From: Nitrospirota bacterium
Lineage (GTDB): Bacteria; Nitrospirota; Thermodesulfovibrionia; Thermodesulfovibrionales; Dissulfurispiraceae
Direction: 5' to 3'
DNA length: 64,000 bases
NCBI GenBank assembly: GCA_021791055.1
Contig: JAJYXI010000051.1
Coordinates: 1,653-65,652 of the forward strand
The translations under genes were made by a program, and so were the position numbers. The notes beneath the pieces were generated by a model, which was not told where the DNA came from, did not search any database, and worked only from the letters and a program-made list of their open reading frames with translations. This document shows, piece by piece, positions 56,111-64,000 of this stretch; the stretch's first letter is position 1, and the number at the start of each line of letters is the position of its first letter.

Positions 56111-57529
56111 TCAGCCTCTATGCTGTCCCGCAAAGTCCACCGACTTTTTGGAACCATCTTCTTCTATTGCAGCCATTACCTTCTCCATCCTCATTCCCCT
56201 CGAACCCTTTATCAAAACAATGTCACCGTCTTCGATTATCTTGCTCAACTCAATGCCTGCATCCTCCGATGTATCAGCACAAATCCCTTTACCTCTGAAT
56301 TCAGAGACAGCAAGCGCCATGAGCGGACCTACACCTATAAAAACATCAACAGCCATATCAGACAGCTTTTTGCCCAGTTTTTTATGGCCGGCAATACCGT
56401 AGTCGCCAAGCTCCAGCATATCTCCCAGTACCGCAATTGCCCTCTTATATTTCCCTGTATATTTTCCTGCATCGGCAAACCGCGCCAGTTCATTTATCGA
56501 TTCTTCCATGGATGACGGATTTGCATTATATACATCATTCAGGAATGTCACGCCTTTTTCCCGCCTTACCTCAAACCTCATATTGACACCCGTAAAAGAC
56601 TCAAGCCCTTTCTTGATTTCATACAGATTAAACCCAATCGCATGTGCAGCAGAGGCTGCAGCAAGGGAGTTGTATACATTGAAGCGGCCCGGTATTTTTG
56701 AATCTATATCAATACATCCACTATTTGCGCATATAATGAATCTTGTGCCGTCATCAGAAAAATCAATATCCTTAACAGTCAGATCTGCATCCTTCGCTTC
56801 GATGCCGAAGGTTATAACATCTCCTTTAAACTTTGCATTAACACCTTCCATAAGAAATGAGTCATCTGCATTCACAACAAGCTTCTTCGCATAAGGAGCT
56901 ATTTCAAGCTCCGAGTCCCTGACTTTATGCAGAGAGCCAAACCCCTGAAGGTGCTCATAGCCTATATTTGTAACGACGCCGACATCAGGCATCGCGATGT
57001 TGCACAGTTCATCTATGTCGCCGGGCCTGTTTGTCCCCATCTCAAGGACCATGACCCCGGTATCTTTATCCATCTTGGTAATCGAAAGCGGCATCCCTAT
57101 GTGATTGTTAAGGTTCCCCATTGTTTTAAGGACATTCATCCTGGTACCGAGGATTGATGAAATAAGCTCCTTTGTTGTTGTCTTGCCATTGCTTCCAACC
57201 ACGCCGATTACATGCCCATTAAAGCTTTTCCTTATATATCTTCCTAAATCATGCAAGGCAAGCAGTGTGTTGTCCACAAGGATTATAGTCCTGTCCGTGA
57301 ACCGTGAACCGTGAACCGTGAACCGTGAACTGTTTACAATAGCGCCCTTTCCTGTTTTCAAGGCGTCTGACAGAAAATCATGACCGTCGAATCTGTCTCC
57401 ATTCAATGCAATAAACAGTTCGCCGCTTTTTATCGTCCTTGAGTCTATTGATACGCCTGTAAATTCGCTCTCTCCCTCTGAAACAAGCCTGCCTCGCGTT
57501 GCCTCAATTATATCCCTGATATTCAGCAT
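56111..57529 (-). CDS. murF: UDP-MurNAc-tripeptide--D-Ala-D-Ala ligase
   Basis: GVVGSNGKTTTKE. In-frame heptamer insert (SRFTVHGSRFTDR). Confidence 0.93.
   Translation of the reverse strand: MLNIRDIIEATRGRLVSEGESEFTGVSIDSRTIKSGELFIALNGDRFDGHDFLSDALKTGKGAIVNSSRFTVHGSRFTDRTIILVDNTLLALHDLGRYIRKSFNGHVIGVVGSNGKTTTKELISSILGTRMNVLKTMGNLNNHIGMPLSITKMDKDTGVMVLEMGTNRPGDIDELCNIAMPDVGVVTNIGYEHLQGFGSLHKVRDSELEIAPYAKKLVVNADDSFLMEGVNAKFKGDVITFGIEAKDADLTVKDIDFSDDGTRFIICANSGCIDIDSKIPGRFNVYNSLAAASAAHAIGFNLYEIKKGLESFTGVNMRFEVRREKGVTFLNDVYNANPSSMEESINELARFADAGKYTGKYKRAIAVLGDMLELGDYGIAGHKKLGKKLSDMAVDVFIGVGPLMALAVSEFRGKGICADTSEDAGIELSKIIEDGDIVLIKGSRGMRMEKVMAAIEEDGSKKSVDFAGQHRG
57295..57329. repeat. Tandem heptamers (CCGTGAA, 5 units) in frame in murF
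   Basis: ccgtgaa x5. Confidence 0.9.
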
Positions 57530-59181
57530 CTAATATTCTCGGTACCCTTGTAATCGGTTCCTCCTCCAAATGAGGGTCTGCCGATGGATCTTCTGATTGC
57601 ATTCTCAAGAGCAGTCCTGTCGCTGAAATCATAACGCCTTCCCTGAATCTCCTGATAAGCCTCATGCCCTTTGCCTGAGATCAGCACTATATCTCCTGAC
57701 GATGCAAGCTCCACGGCCATGCTGATTGCAACACTCCTGTCAGGAATAACAATATAATTGTCTCCCTCTATACCTTTCTCTATATCCCTTATAATGCCCC
57801 TTGGACTTTCGTTTCTCGGATTGTCGGATGTTATTATCACAAAGTCGCTTAGCTTTGCCGCAATCTCTCCCATCTTTGAGCGCTTGCCTCTGTCCCTGTT
57901 TCCTCCGCAGCCGAAAACAGTAATAATCTTTCCAACCTCTCTCTCTTCGGATATGGAATACTCCTGTCTTTTTGTCTTCAGCATCTTTTCTGTTTTCTCT
58001 GCAAAACGGTAAGCCTCCAACAATTGACGGGCAGTCATCAGAAGCCTCTCAAGGGCATCCTCTGTGTGGGCGTAATCCACAACAGCAAGAAAGTCCTGTC
58101 CAATATCAACCTTTTCAAACCTTCCCTTGACTAATCCTGTCATGGCAATTCCCTCCTTTATTATCTTAATCGGTATATTTAAAGACAATGCTGCACATAT
58201 GGAAGAAAGTATGTTATATACATTTGTTACACCGACAAGGGGAGACCCGAATAGCTCAGAGTTCAGGGTTTGGAGTTCTGAGCTTTTAGTTTGAAGCCTA
58301 AATGATGTCCCCTTAAATGTCGTTTTAATATCAAAAGCGGTTATATCCGCATCTCTGTTATTTATTGCATATGTCAATATCTTCATGCCTCTCCCTTCCA
58401 AGTCATTCACAAGCCTTTCGCCATAAGGGTCATCGGCATTAATAACAGCAGCGCCGTTTTCTTCCAAAAGCTCTGTGAAAAGCCTCTCCTTTGCCATGAA
58501 ATAGTCTTCCATTGTCTGATGAAAATCCAGATGGTCTCTTGTAAGGTTTGTAAAGATCGCCACTTTAAACTTAGTGTAATCCACCCTTTTCTGTGAGAGC
58601 GAGTGGGATGATACCTCCGTAACAACATGGCTGCAGCCTGCATCCAGCATCTGTCTCAGCAGCGCCTGAAAATCAGGGGACTCTGGAGTTGTGTGCGGTG
58701 CATCATAGGCTACATCCTTTATCAGATATGTTATTGTCCCTATCAGGCCGACTCCCTTTCCCCATTTTTCGAGGATGGACTTAATCAGATATGATGTTGT
58801 TGTCTTTCCGTTTGTGCCGGTAATACCGATAACAGCAGCTTCTTCGGACGGCCTTCTGTAAAAATTGTGAGAGATGGATGCAACCGCATCCCTGCAATCC
58901 CTGACCCCAATCCATACTATGTCTGGATATGTATTCATGAGCATTGCTGATTGCTGATTGCTGATTGCTGATTGCTCATAAACTATGGCAACTGCGCCTC
59001 TTCTAACTGCATCTTCGATAAAATTATGACCGTCGAAATTTTCTCCCTTTATTGCAACAAACAGGTCTCCGCTTTTAACATCTCTGGAATCGTACTTCAC
59101 CCCGGAGATATTTATTTCGATATCTCCCTTTACATCAAAATCCTTCATCAATATGTCTTTTATCTTCATATCCATCTTCAT
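57523..59181 (-). CDS. murE: UDP-MurNAc-L-Ala-D-Glu--2,6-diaminopimelate ligase
   Basis: GITGTNGKTTT and DNPR motif (SDNPRNE). Two in-frame repeat inserts. Confidence 0.93.
   Translation of the reverse strand: MKMDMKIKDILMKDFDVKGDIEINISGVKYDSRDVKSGDLFVAIKGENFDGHNFIEDAVRRGAVAIVYEQSAISNQQSAMLMNTYPDIVWIGVRDCRDAVASISHNFYRRPSEEAAVIGITGTNGKTTTSYLIKSILEKWGKGVGLIGTITYLIKDVAYDAPHTTPESPDFQALLRQMLDAGCSHVVTEVSSHSLSQKRVDYTKFKVAIFTNLTRDHLDFHQTMEDYFMAKERLFTELLEENGAAVINADDPYGERLVNDLEGRGMKILTYAINNRDADITAFDIKTTFKGTSFRLQTKSSELQTLNSELFGSPLVGVTNVYNILSSICAALSLNIPIKIIKEGIAMTGLVKGRFEKVDIGQDFLAVVDYAHTEDALERLLMTARQLLEAYRFAEKTEKMLKTKRQEYSISEEREVGKIITVFGCGGNRDRGKRSKMGEIAAKLSDFVIITSDNPRNESPRGIIRDIEKGIEGDNYIVIPDRSVAISMAVELASSGDIVLISGKGHEAYQEIQGRRYDFSDRTALENAIRRSIGRPSFGGGTDYKGTENIRC
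58253..58294. repeat. Degenerate heptamer array (AGTTCAG-like, 6 units) in frame in murE
   Basis: agctcag agttcag ggtttgg agttctg agctttt agtttga. Confidence 0.6.
58943..58977. repeat. Tandem heptamers (ATTGCTG, 5 units) in frame in murE
   Basis: attgctg x4 followed by attgctc. Confidence 0.9.
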
Positions 59182-60872
59182 TTATTCGAAACTAATAATC
59201 TCTTTTCTTTGGAATCATCCCTCGGCACGCTTAAATAAGAAAGCGATTCGCTGGCTATCTTCCTGAACACAGGTCCTGCAACTACTCCTCCGTATATCTG
59301 TCCCTTAGGCTCATGAATGACCACTATCATTGCTATCCTTGGCTTATCAGCAGGCACAAATCCTACAAATGAGCTTACATACTTTTCCTTCGAATACCTC
59401 TTTGTCTTCGGGTCTATCAACTGCGCCGTGCCTGTCTTGCCTGCAACCTGATTGCCGTCAACAGCAGCCTCCATAGCTGTGCCGCCTTCTTCCGTGACTG
59501 CCTTCAAGATTTCCCTGAAGACACTTACTGTCTTTTCAGAAAGGATTCTCCGGGTTTCAGGATTGGTTTTATGAACAACATTCCCGTCAGGAGACCTTAT
59601 CTCTGAGACTATATAAGGCTTAACAAGGAATCCTCCGTTGGCAATAGCTGAATATGCCCTCAAAACCTGAAGCGGCGTAACTGCAACCTCCTGACCTATC
59701 GAGATAGCGCCTATGGATGTCCCTGACCACTTTGCTGGAGGACGCACCCAGCCCGAAACTTCACCCGCAAGATCGATTCCTGTCTTTTCGCCGAATCCAA
59801 AGCGCTTAACATACTCGTACAATCTTTCCCTGCCCAAATTGAGCCCTATTTTTATAGTGCCTACATTTGAAGACTTCTGTATCACTTCCTTAAATGAGAG
59901 GATGCCGTGTTTGTGTGCATCCCTTATCTTTTTCCCTCCTACTTCTATATAGCCGGTGTTGCAGTCAAACTTAGTATCAGGCTTTACAATACCCTCTTCG
60001 AGCGCAGCAGTGCCAGCTATTATTTTAAAGGTTGAGCCCGGCTCATAGCAATCAGTAATTGCCCTGTTCCTCCTCTGGCTTGGCGTTGCATCAGAGGGAT
60101 TATTAACATCAAAGGTGGGTCTGTTAGCCATTGCAAGTATTTCGCCTGTATAAGGGTCTATCATTATAGCCGTTGCTGATGCAGCCCTCCAGTGTAAAAC
60201 AGCAGCGTCAAGATTTTTCTCAAGGATATACTGCAGCCCTTCATCAATGGTTAGTGATACATTATTGCCTTTTATCTCCCTGCTTAAACCGTCAGAGAGC
60301 ACATTTCCCTTTGCATCCCTGAACACATAAGCCTTGGCGCTTCTTGATGCAAGGTATTTGTCATACTTCTGCTCGACTCCCTCCAGTCCATTATTGTCAA
60401 TGTTTACAAAACCAATGACATGCGATGCAAGACTTCCTTTTGGATAATATCTCTTTATCTCGGGCGCAAAGCCAATCCCTTTGAGCCTCATATCCTTTAT
60501 ACCCTGTATATACTCTATGTTGAGCTTTCTCTCTATCCAGTTGAATCTCTTGTCGGTATTCAGCTTTGTTAAGATTACTTCCGGCTTCTGGTTGATTCTT
60601 CCAGAAAGGGCAGATGCAACCTTATCAGGCGATAATATCTCAGAAGGATCGCAATAAATTGATTCTGTATCTAAATTAATAGCCATCTCTCTGCCTCTTC
60701 TGTCGAAGATAATGCCGCGTTTGACAGGGATGATCTCCTTTCTAACCTGCTGAAACCTTGCCTTTGCCGAGAACCAGTCATGATTAAAAAGCATAATATC
60801 TACGAGACGGAAAACAACAGCAACAAAACCAAAGACAATGGCAGTGCTTAATATAATAGCCCTTTTCTTCAT
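59178..60872 (-). CDS. ftsI: Penicillin-binding protein 3 (FtsI) transpeptidase
   Basis: N-terminal TM helix, STFK, SSN and KTGT motifs. Confidence 0.93.
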   Translation of the reverse strand: MKKRAIILSTAIVFGFVAVVFRLVDIMLFNHDWFSAKARFQQVRKEIIPVKRGIIFDRRGREMAINLDTESIYCDPSEILSPDKVASALSGRINQKPEVILTKLNTDKRFNWIERKLNIEYIQGIKDMRLKGIGFAPEIKRYYPKGSLASHVIGFVNIDNNGLEGVEQKYDKYLASRSAKAYVFRDAKGNVLSDGLSREIKGNNVSLTIDEGLQYILEKNLDAAVLHWRAASATAIMIDPYTGEILAMANRPTFDVNNPSDATPSQRRNRAITDCYEPGSTFKIIAGTAALEEGIVKPDTKFDCNTGYIEVGGKKIRDAHKHGILSFKEVIQKSSNVGTIKIGLNLGRERLYEYVKRFGFGEKTGIDLAGEVSGWVRPPAKWSGTSIGAISIGQEVAVTPLQVLRAYSAIANGGFLVKPYIVSEIRSPDGNVVHKTNPETRRILSEKTVSVFREILKAVTEEGGTAMEAAVDGNQVAGKTGTAQLIDPKTKRYSKEKYVSSFVGFVPADKPRIAMIVVIHEPKGQIYGGVVAGPVFRKIASESLSYLSVPRDDSKEKRLLVSNK

Positions 60873-61100
60873 ATCATCCCAGCCTACTTTTCATGTAAAA
60901 TTTTTCTATCCGTCAAGGCCCCCTTTGGACAATCAGTCCACACAGCTACCTCATAAGCGACCATGCAGCTATCATCCAGATTGCAACACCAAGGAAGATC
61001 GCTATTACAAAGTATTCCAGAAATCCTGTATCTTCATCTTCATCCAACCGGATGTTATTGTCTGCAGCTCAAGTCCTCGGCTTCATCCACTTCTCCTTCT

Positions 61101-61439
61101 TTATTTTTTATTAAATGCCGCCATGTACGACTCTTTATCCTTCGCCTTCTTCACATGCACAACCTTAACCCTGTCAGGGAACGCAAAGCCCCCATTAACA
61201 GTGCCATTATTAGCAACCTTTTCAAACCTCTCGACGGACATCAGGTTTGCCCTATCTGCTGCAAGCATTTTCATGTCCCTCATCAGCACTGTCTTCTTCT
61301 TCTCAAGGCTGCTGATGCGGTATTCAAGGGATACAAAGCTCGACCTCAGCCACACTATTGAAAAGATTGAAAACAGCAGCAATACGACAGATATCGGCTT
61401 CAGCAGATATATCAGCCTATTTTCTCTCCTGCAAATCAT
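61101..61439 (-). CDS. ftsL: Cell division protein FtsL-like
   Basis: Single TM helix followed by a coiled coil ([11 protein letters not shown]). Lies between rsmH and ftsI and overlaps rsmH by 4 nt. Confidence 0.7.
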   Translation of the reverse strand: MICRRENRLIYLLKPISVVLLLFSIFSIVWLRSSFVSLEYRISSLEKKKTVLMRDMKMLAADRANLMSVERFEKVANNGTVNGGFAFPDRVKVVHVKKAKDKESYMAAFNKK

Positions 61440-62302
61440 ATCCTCTCAGCCCCCCTGAGCTTTGCACTCCTTGATGAAGGATTTCTTCTTATCTCGTCAA
61501 TATTGGGAATTACAGGTTTCTTTGTTAAAATCTTCAAAACGCCTCCCTTAGCACTATCTCTAATAAAATTTTTAACTATCCTGTCTTCGAGCGAATGGTA
61601 AGAAATAACACACAGCCTGCCGCCTGACTTCAGAATGCTCACAGCAGACGCGAGACCTTTTTTCAGCTCATCGAGTTCTTTATTGACTTCTATCCTCAAT
61701 GCCTGGAATGTTCTTGTTGCAGGATGGGTTTTACCCCTCCTACCACAGGCTCTCATAACAATATCCGCCAACTCATTGCATGTATTTATCGCTGCCTTTT
61801 TCCTATATTCGATAATTGCCTTTGCTATCCGTCTGGCAAACGGCTCTTCACCGTATTCCTTCAAAATCCTCGCTATCTCTTTTTCAGGGTATCTGTTCAC
61901 AACATCCCATGCTGTTAACTCCTGCGCAGTATCCATTCTCATATCGAGCCTTGCATCTGACAGAAAGCTAAATCCCCGTCCAAAATCCTTCAGCTGGAGC
62001 ATAGATACGCCGAGGTCAAACAACACGCCGTCAACCTCTTTTATATTTAAAGATAAGAGCACATCGCCTACCTGAGAAAAGGCCCCTTTTCTCAGGGAAA
62101 CCCTGTCATTGCCGAGTCTTTCGCCGGCATATCCGAGGGCATCCTCGTCCCTGTCTATTCCGATCAGCCTGCCACCGGTGCCGAGCATAGAAAGCACCGC
62201 TGCTGCATGCCCTCCAAGGCCGACCGTGGCATCCACATATATCCCATTTGCCTTTACATCAAGCATTTCAATTGTCTCCTTCACCAGAACCGGAATATGC
62301 AT
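61436..62302 (-). CDS. rsmH: 16S rRNA (cytosine1402-N4)-methyltransferase
   Basis: [25 protein letters not shown]. Confidence 0.95.
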   Translation of the reverse strand: MHIPVLVKETIEMLDVKANGIYVDATVGLGGHAAAVLSMLGTGGRLIGIDRDEDALGYAGERLGNDRVSLRKGAFSQVGDVLLSLNIKEVDGVLFDLGVSMLQLKDFGRGFSFLSDARLDMRMDTAQELTAWDVVNRYPEKEIARILKEYGEEPFARRIAKAIIEYRKKAAINTCNELADIVMRACGRRGKTHPATRTFQALRIEVNKELDELKKGLASAVSILKSGGRLCVISYHSLEDRIVKNFIRDSAKGGVLKILTKKPVIPNIDEIRRNPSSRSAKLRGAERI

Positions 62303-62481
62303 TAAAACTCACCGGCATAAACCTCGCCCACCTCGTTGAATACATTATGGTTGTATAGCGAGAATGGGTCTATATGAGTCTTTATCCTGTTGATTATCTC
62401 CTCAATGTCTTTTTCGTTTCCCCACTTTTCATAAAACGGCGATGCCTTTATTGCGTCCTTTACTTCCTCTACTGTCAACAT
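62302..62481 (-). CDS. Small hypothetical protein (59 aa) between mraZ and rsmH
   Basis: GGAGGAAGTGTT-ATG start at [12 protein letters not shown]. The stop abuts the rsmH start. Confidence 0.45.
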   Translation of the reverse strand: MLTVEEVKDAIKASPFYEKWGNEKDIEEIINRIKTHIDPFSLYNHNVFNEVGEVYAGEF

Positions 62482-62554
62482 AACACTTCCTCCTTTCTTA
62501 AACGGAGCCAGAACCCAGAGTGCCTCTCTCTGCATTCTGCTTTTTGTGCTCTGC

Positions 62555-63010
62555 CTACAGTCCATAACCTGCGAGTACTGATTCGTACGCCTTTGCATCA
62601 ACCTTCTTAGGGTCGGTCACCTCATTCCATGACGACTTATCCCATATCTCAATCTTGTCGAGCTGTCCGACCATAACTACTTCTGTGTTTATTCCTGCAT
62701 CCTGCCTATGCTCATAAGGGATCAGAATCCTTCCCTGTTTGTCCATCTCGCACTCAATCGCAGATGCGATAACACGCCTCAGAAAATATTTCACAGCCTC
62801 TTCCATTTTGGGCATTGACCTTATCTTTTCCTCAAGCTTGTTCCATTCTTCGAGAGGATATATATGCAAACACTTGTCAAAAGCGGCATTTGTGATATAT
62901 AGTTTTGAATTATTGTATTTTTTAAAAATTATGTCGCGCAGAGGAGCAGGGATTATGATTCTACCCTTGGGGTCCAAGTTGTAATAATATTTGCCCAAAA
63001 ACGAGGTCAT
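62555..63010 (-). CDS. mraZ: Transcriptional regulator MraZ
   Basis: FLGKYYYNLDPKGRIIIPAPLR and a second ..DKQGRILIP SpoVT-AbrB repeat. Start at MTSFLG. Confidence 0.92.
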   Translation of the reverse strand: MTSFLGKYYYNLDPKGRIIIPAPLRDIIFKKYNNSKLYITNAAFDKCLHIYPLEEWNKLEEKIRSMPKMEEAVKYFLRRVIASAIECEMDKQGRILIPYEHRQDAGINTEVVMVGQLDKIEIWDKSSWNEVTDPKKVDAKAYESVLAGYGL

Positions 63011-63020
63011 TCCCTTTTCC

Positions 63021-63047
63021 TCCACTTTATACCACTTTTTACCACAA
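63021..63047 (-). promoter_or_regulatory. Three direct GTGG repeats at 10-nt phasing; MraZ-box-like operator
   Basis: Minus strand: GTGGTAAAAA GTGGTATAAA GTGGAGGAAAA, between the promoter and the mraZ ATG. CCAC occurs at 63022, 63032 and 63042. Confidence 0.55.
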
Positions 63048-63051
63048 GGAA

Positions 63052-63081
63052 ATGATATTTGGAAAAAATATGTGTTGTCAA
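63052..63081 (-). promoter_or_regulatory. Putative mraZ (dcw) promoter
   Basis: Minus strand: TTGACA (63076-63081), an 18-nt spacer, then TATCAT (63052-63057). Confidence 0.5.
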
Positions 63082-63174
63082 GAAAAAAATGCATCTTTTG
63101 CAGAGATTTCCATATTATGTAGTGTTCTTTTAGACAAGATACTATATATAGGGCAATTATGACTGGGGAGTGAG

Positions 63175-64000
63175 ATGTTTTCGGATGAATTAGAGAGATT
63201 GCGGCAGGAAAATCTGTTAAGGCGTGTATGTGACAGGGATTTAGAAGCCACTACTGCCAGAATATTAATAAACGGGGCTGAATACATAAACTTCTCATCA
63301 AACGACTACCTTGGGCTTGCAAGCCACCCATCCATTACAGAGGCTGCAAAAAGAGCCATAGATGGATACGGATTAGGTTCAGGCGCATCAAGGCTTTTAT
63401 CAGGCGGAACCGAATTGCACGGAAAATTAGAAAGAATGGCGGCTGAATTCAAGGGTACAGAGGCTGCATTGGTTTTCAACTCAGGATATACGGCAAATAT
63501 AAGCGCTATTCCTTCCATTGCAGGGGCCATTGCAGGGAAAGGCGATGTTATTTTCAGCGATGAATTCAACCATGCAAGCATAATTGACGGGTGCAGGCTC
63601 AGCAAGGCAAAGAAGGTTATTTACAGACATAGGGACACATCTCATCTGTCGGAATTAATTAAAAAAGAAGAAGGAAAAAGAAAAATAGTCATCACCGACA
63701 CTGTATTCAGCATGGACGGCGATATTGCACCATTAAAGGAGATCTCTGACATTTGCCGCGAACATAATGCAATCGTTTACATAGACGATGCCCACGGAAC
63801 AGGCGTATTAGGAGATGGCAGGGGTGCACTTGAGCATTTTGGCATAAAACCAGAGCCGTGGCCAAATGCTCAAATAATCCAGATGGGTACATTCTCAAAG
63901 GCGCTCGGCTCCTACGGCGCATACATAGCTGCTGATAGGGATGTCATAGAATGGCTTATAAATACAGCAAGGGGATTTATTTATTCAACAGCCCTGCCCG
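63175..64000 (+). CDS. bioF: 8-amino-7-oxononanoate synthase, 5' part (runs off the window)
   Basis: Hand-translated: MFSDELERLRQENLLRR...NFSSNDYLGLASHP...IDDAHGTGVLG...GTFSKALGS. The frame is open to nt 64000, so it is absent from the ORF track. Confidence 0.85.
   Translation, partial: MFSDELERLRQENLLRRVCDRDLEATTARILINGAEYINFSSNDYLGLASHPSITEAAKRAIDGYGLGSGASRLLSGGTELHGKLERMAAEFKGTEAALVFNSGYTANISAIPSIAGAIAGKGDVIFSDEFNHASIIDGCRLSKAKKVIYRHRDTSHLSELIKKEEGKRKIVITDTVFSMDGDIAPLKEISDICREHNAIVYIDDAHGTGVLGDGRGALEHFGIKPEPWPNAQIIQMGTFSKALGSYGAYIAADRDVIEWLINTARGFIYSTALP
63515..63538. repeat. 12-nt tandem duplication in bioF
   Basis: ccattgcagggg ccattgcaggga, translated as SIAGAIAGKG. Confidence 0.8.

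Noticed and set aside
60873-61100. The 228-nt gap between ftsL and ftsI contains a frame encoding a TM-like peptide (..DEDEDTGFLEYFVIAIFLGVAIWMIAAWSLMR).
   Set aside because: There is no ATG or GTG start and no SD. The only candidate is a TTG without a ribosome-binding site, so there is too little support to call a gene.
60838-61458. A 206-aa plus-strand ORF, and other long antisense ORFs such as 3436-3846, 44582-45115, 54373-54846, 30818-31285 and 33567-34049.
   Set aside because: All lie antisense to, or out of frame within, strongly supported conserved genes. They have low-complexity, Ser/Leu/Phe-rich translations typical of shadow ORFs.

Overview
This 64-kb window is a bacterial chromosome segment of moderate-to-low G+C. 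It consists mainly of conserved housekeeping genes interrupted by several accessory insertions. I cannot assign a taxon by eye.

Housekeeping content:
- priA (3' part), ribF, coaE, mutS, an L,D-transpeptidase, rnr, a membrane-anchored multihaem cytochrome c and rodZ.
- A lipid cluster: fabF-like KAS, two GNAT-like paralogues, an alpha-oxoamine synthase and an SDR.
- nfeD, an EamA transporter, ilvC, psd, pssA, leuA and leuC, ridA.
- A nearly complete minus-strand dcw cluster: mraZ, rsmH, ftsL, ftsI, murE, murF, mraY, dac, murD, ftsW, murG, murC, murB, ddl, ftsQ, ftsA, ftsZ, followed by a B12/radical-SAM gene.
- The 5' part of bioF.

Most notable observations:
1. An AT-rich 6.5-kb island (4885-11352) lies between mutS and the transpeptidase. 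A methyltransferase and two paralogous restriction-endonuclease-like genes are translationally coupled to a four-helix-bundle protein, three unknown small proteins and a STAS-wHTH protein. A STAS-GHKL ATPase sits just upstream. This is my best candidate for an undescribed conflict system.
2. Essential genes carry many in-frame miniature repeats: tandem heptamers, a roughly 45-nt nested C-run/G-run palindrome, and an octamer array that carries stop codons in all three frames plus an SD-like GGAG.
3. A RAYT transposase flanked by inverted repeats sits between duplicated genes that share a 190-nt gene-conversion tract.
4. A solitary dynamin-like GTPase and a TPR/GIY-YIG-like island interrupt the leu genes.
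5. A split Fic gene and a small SxxxEG ORF are inserted in the dcw cluster.

I recognised no rRNA, tRNA or CRISPR array.
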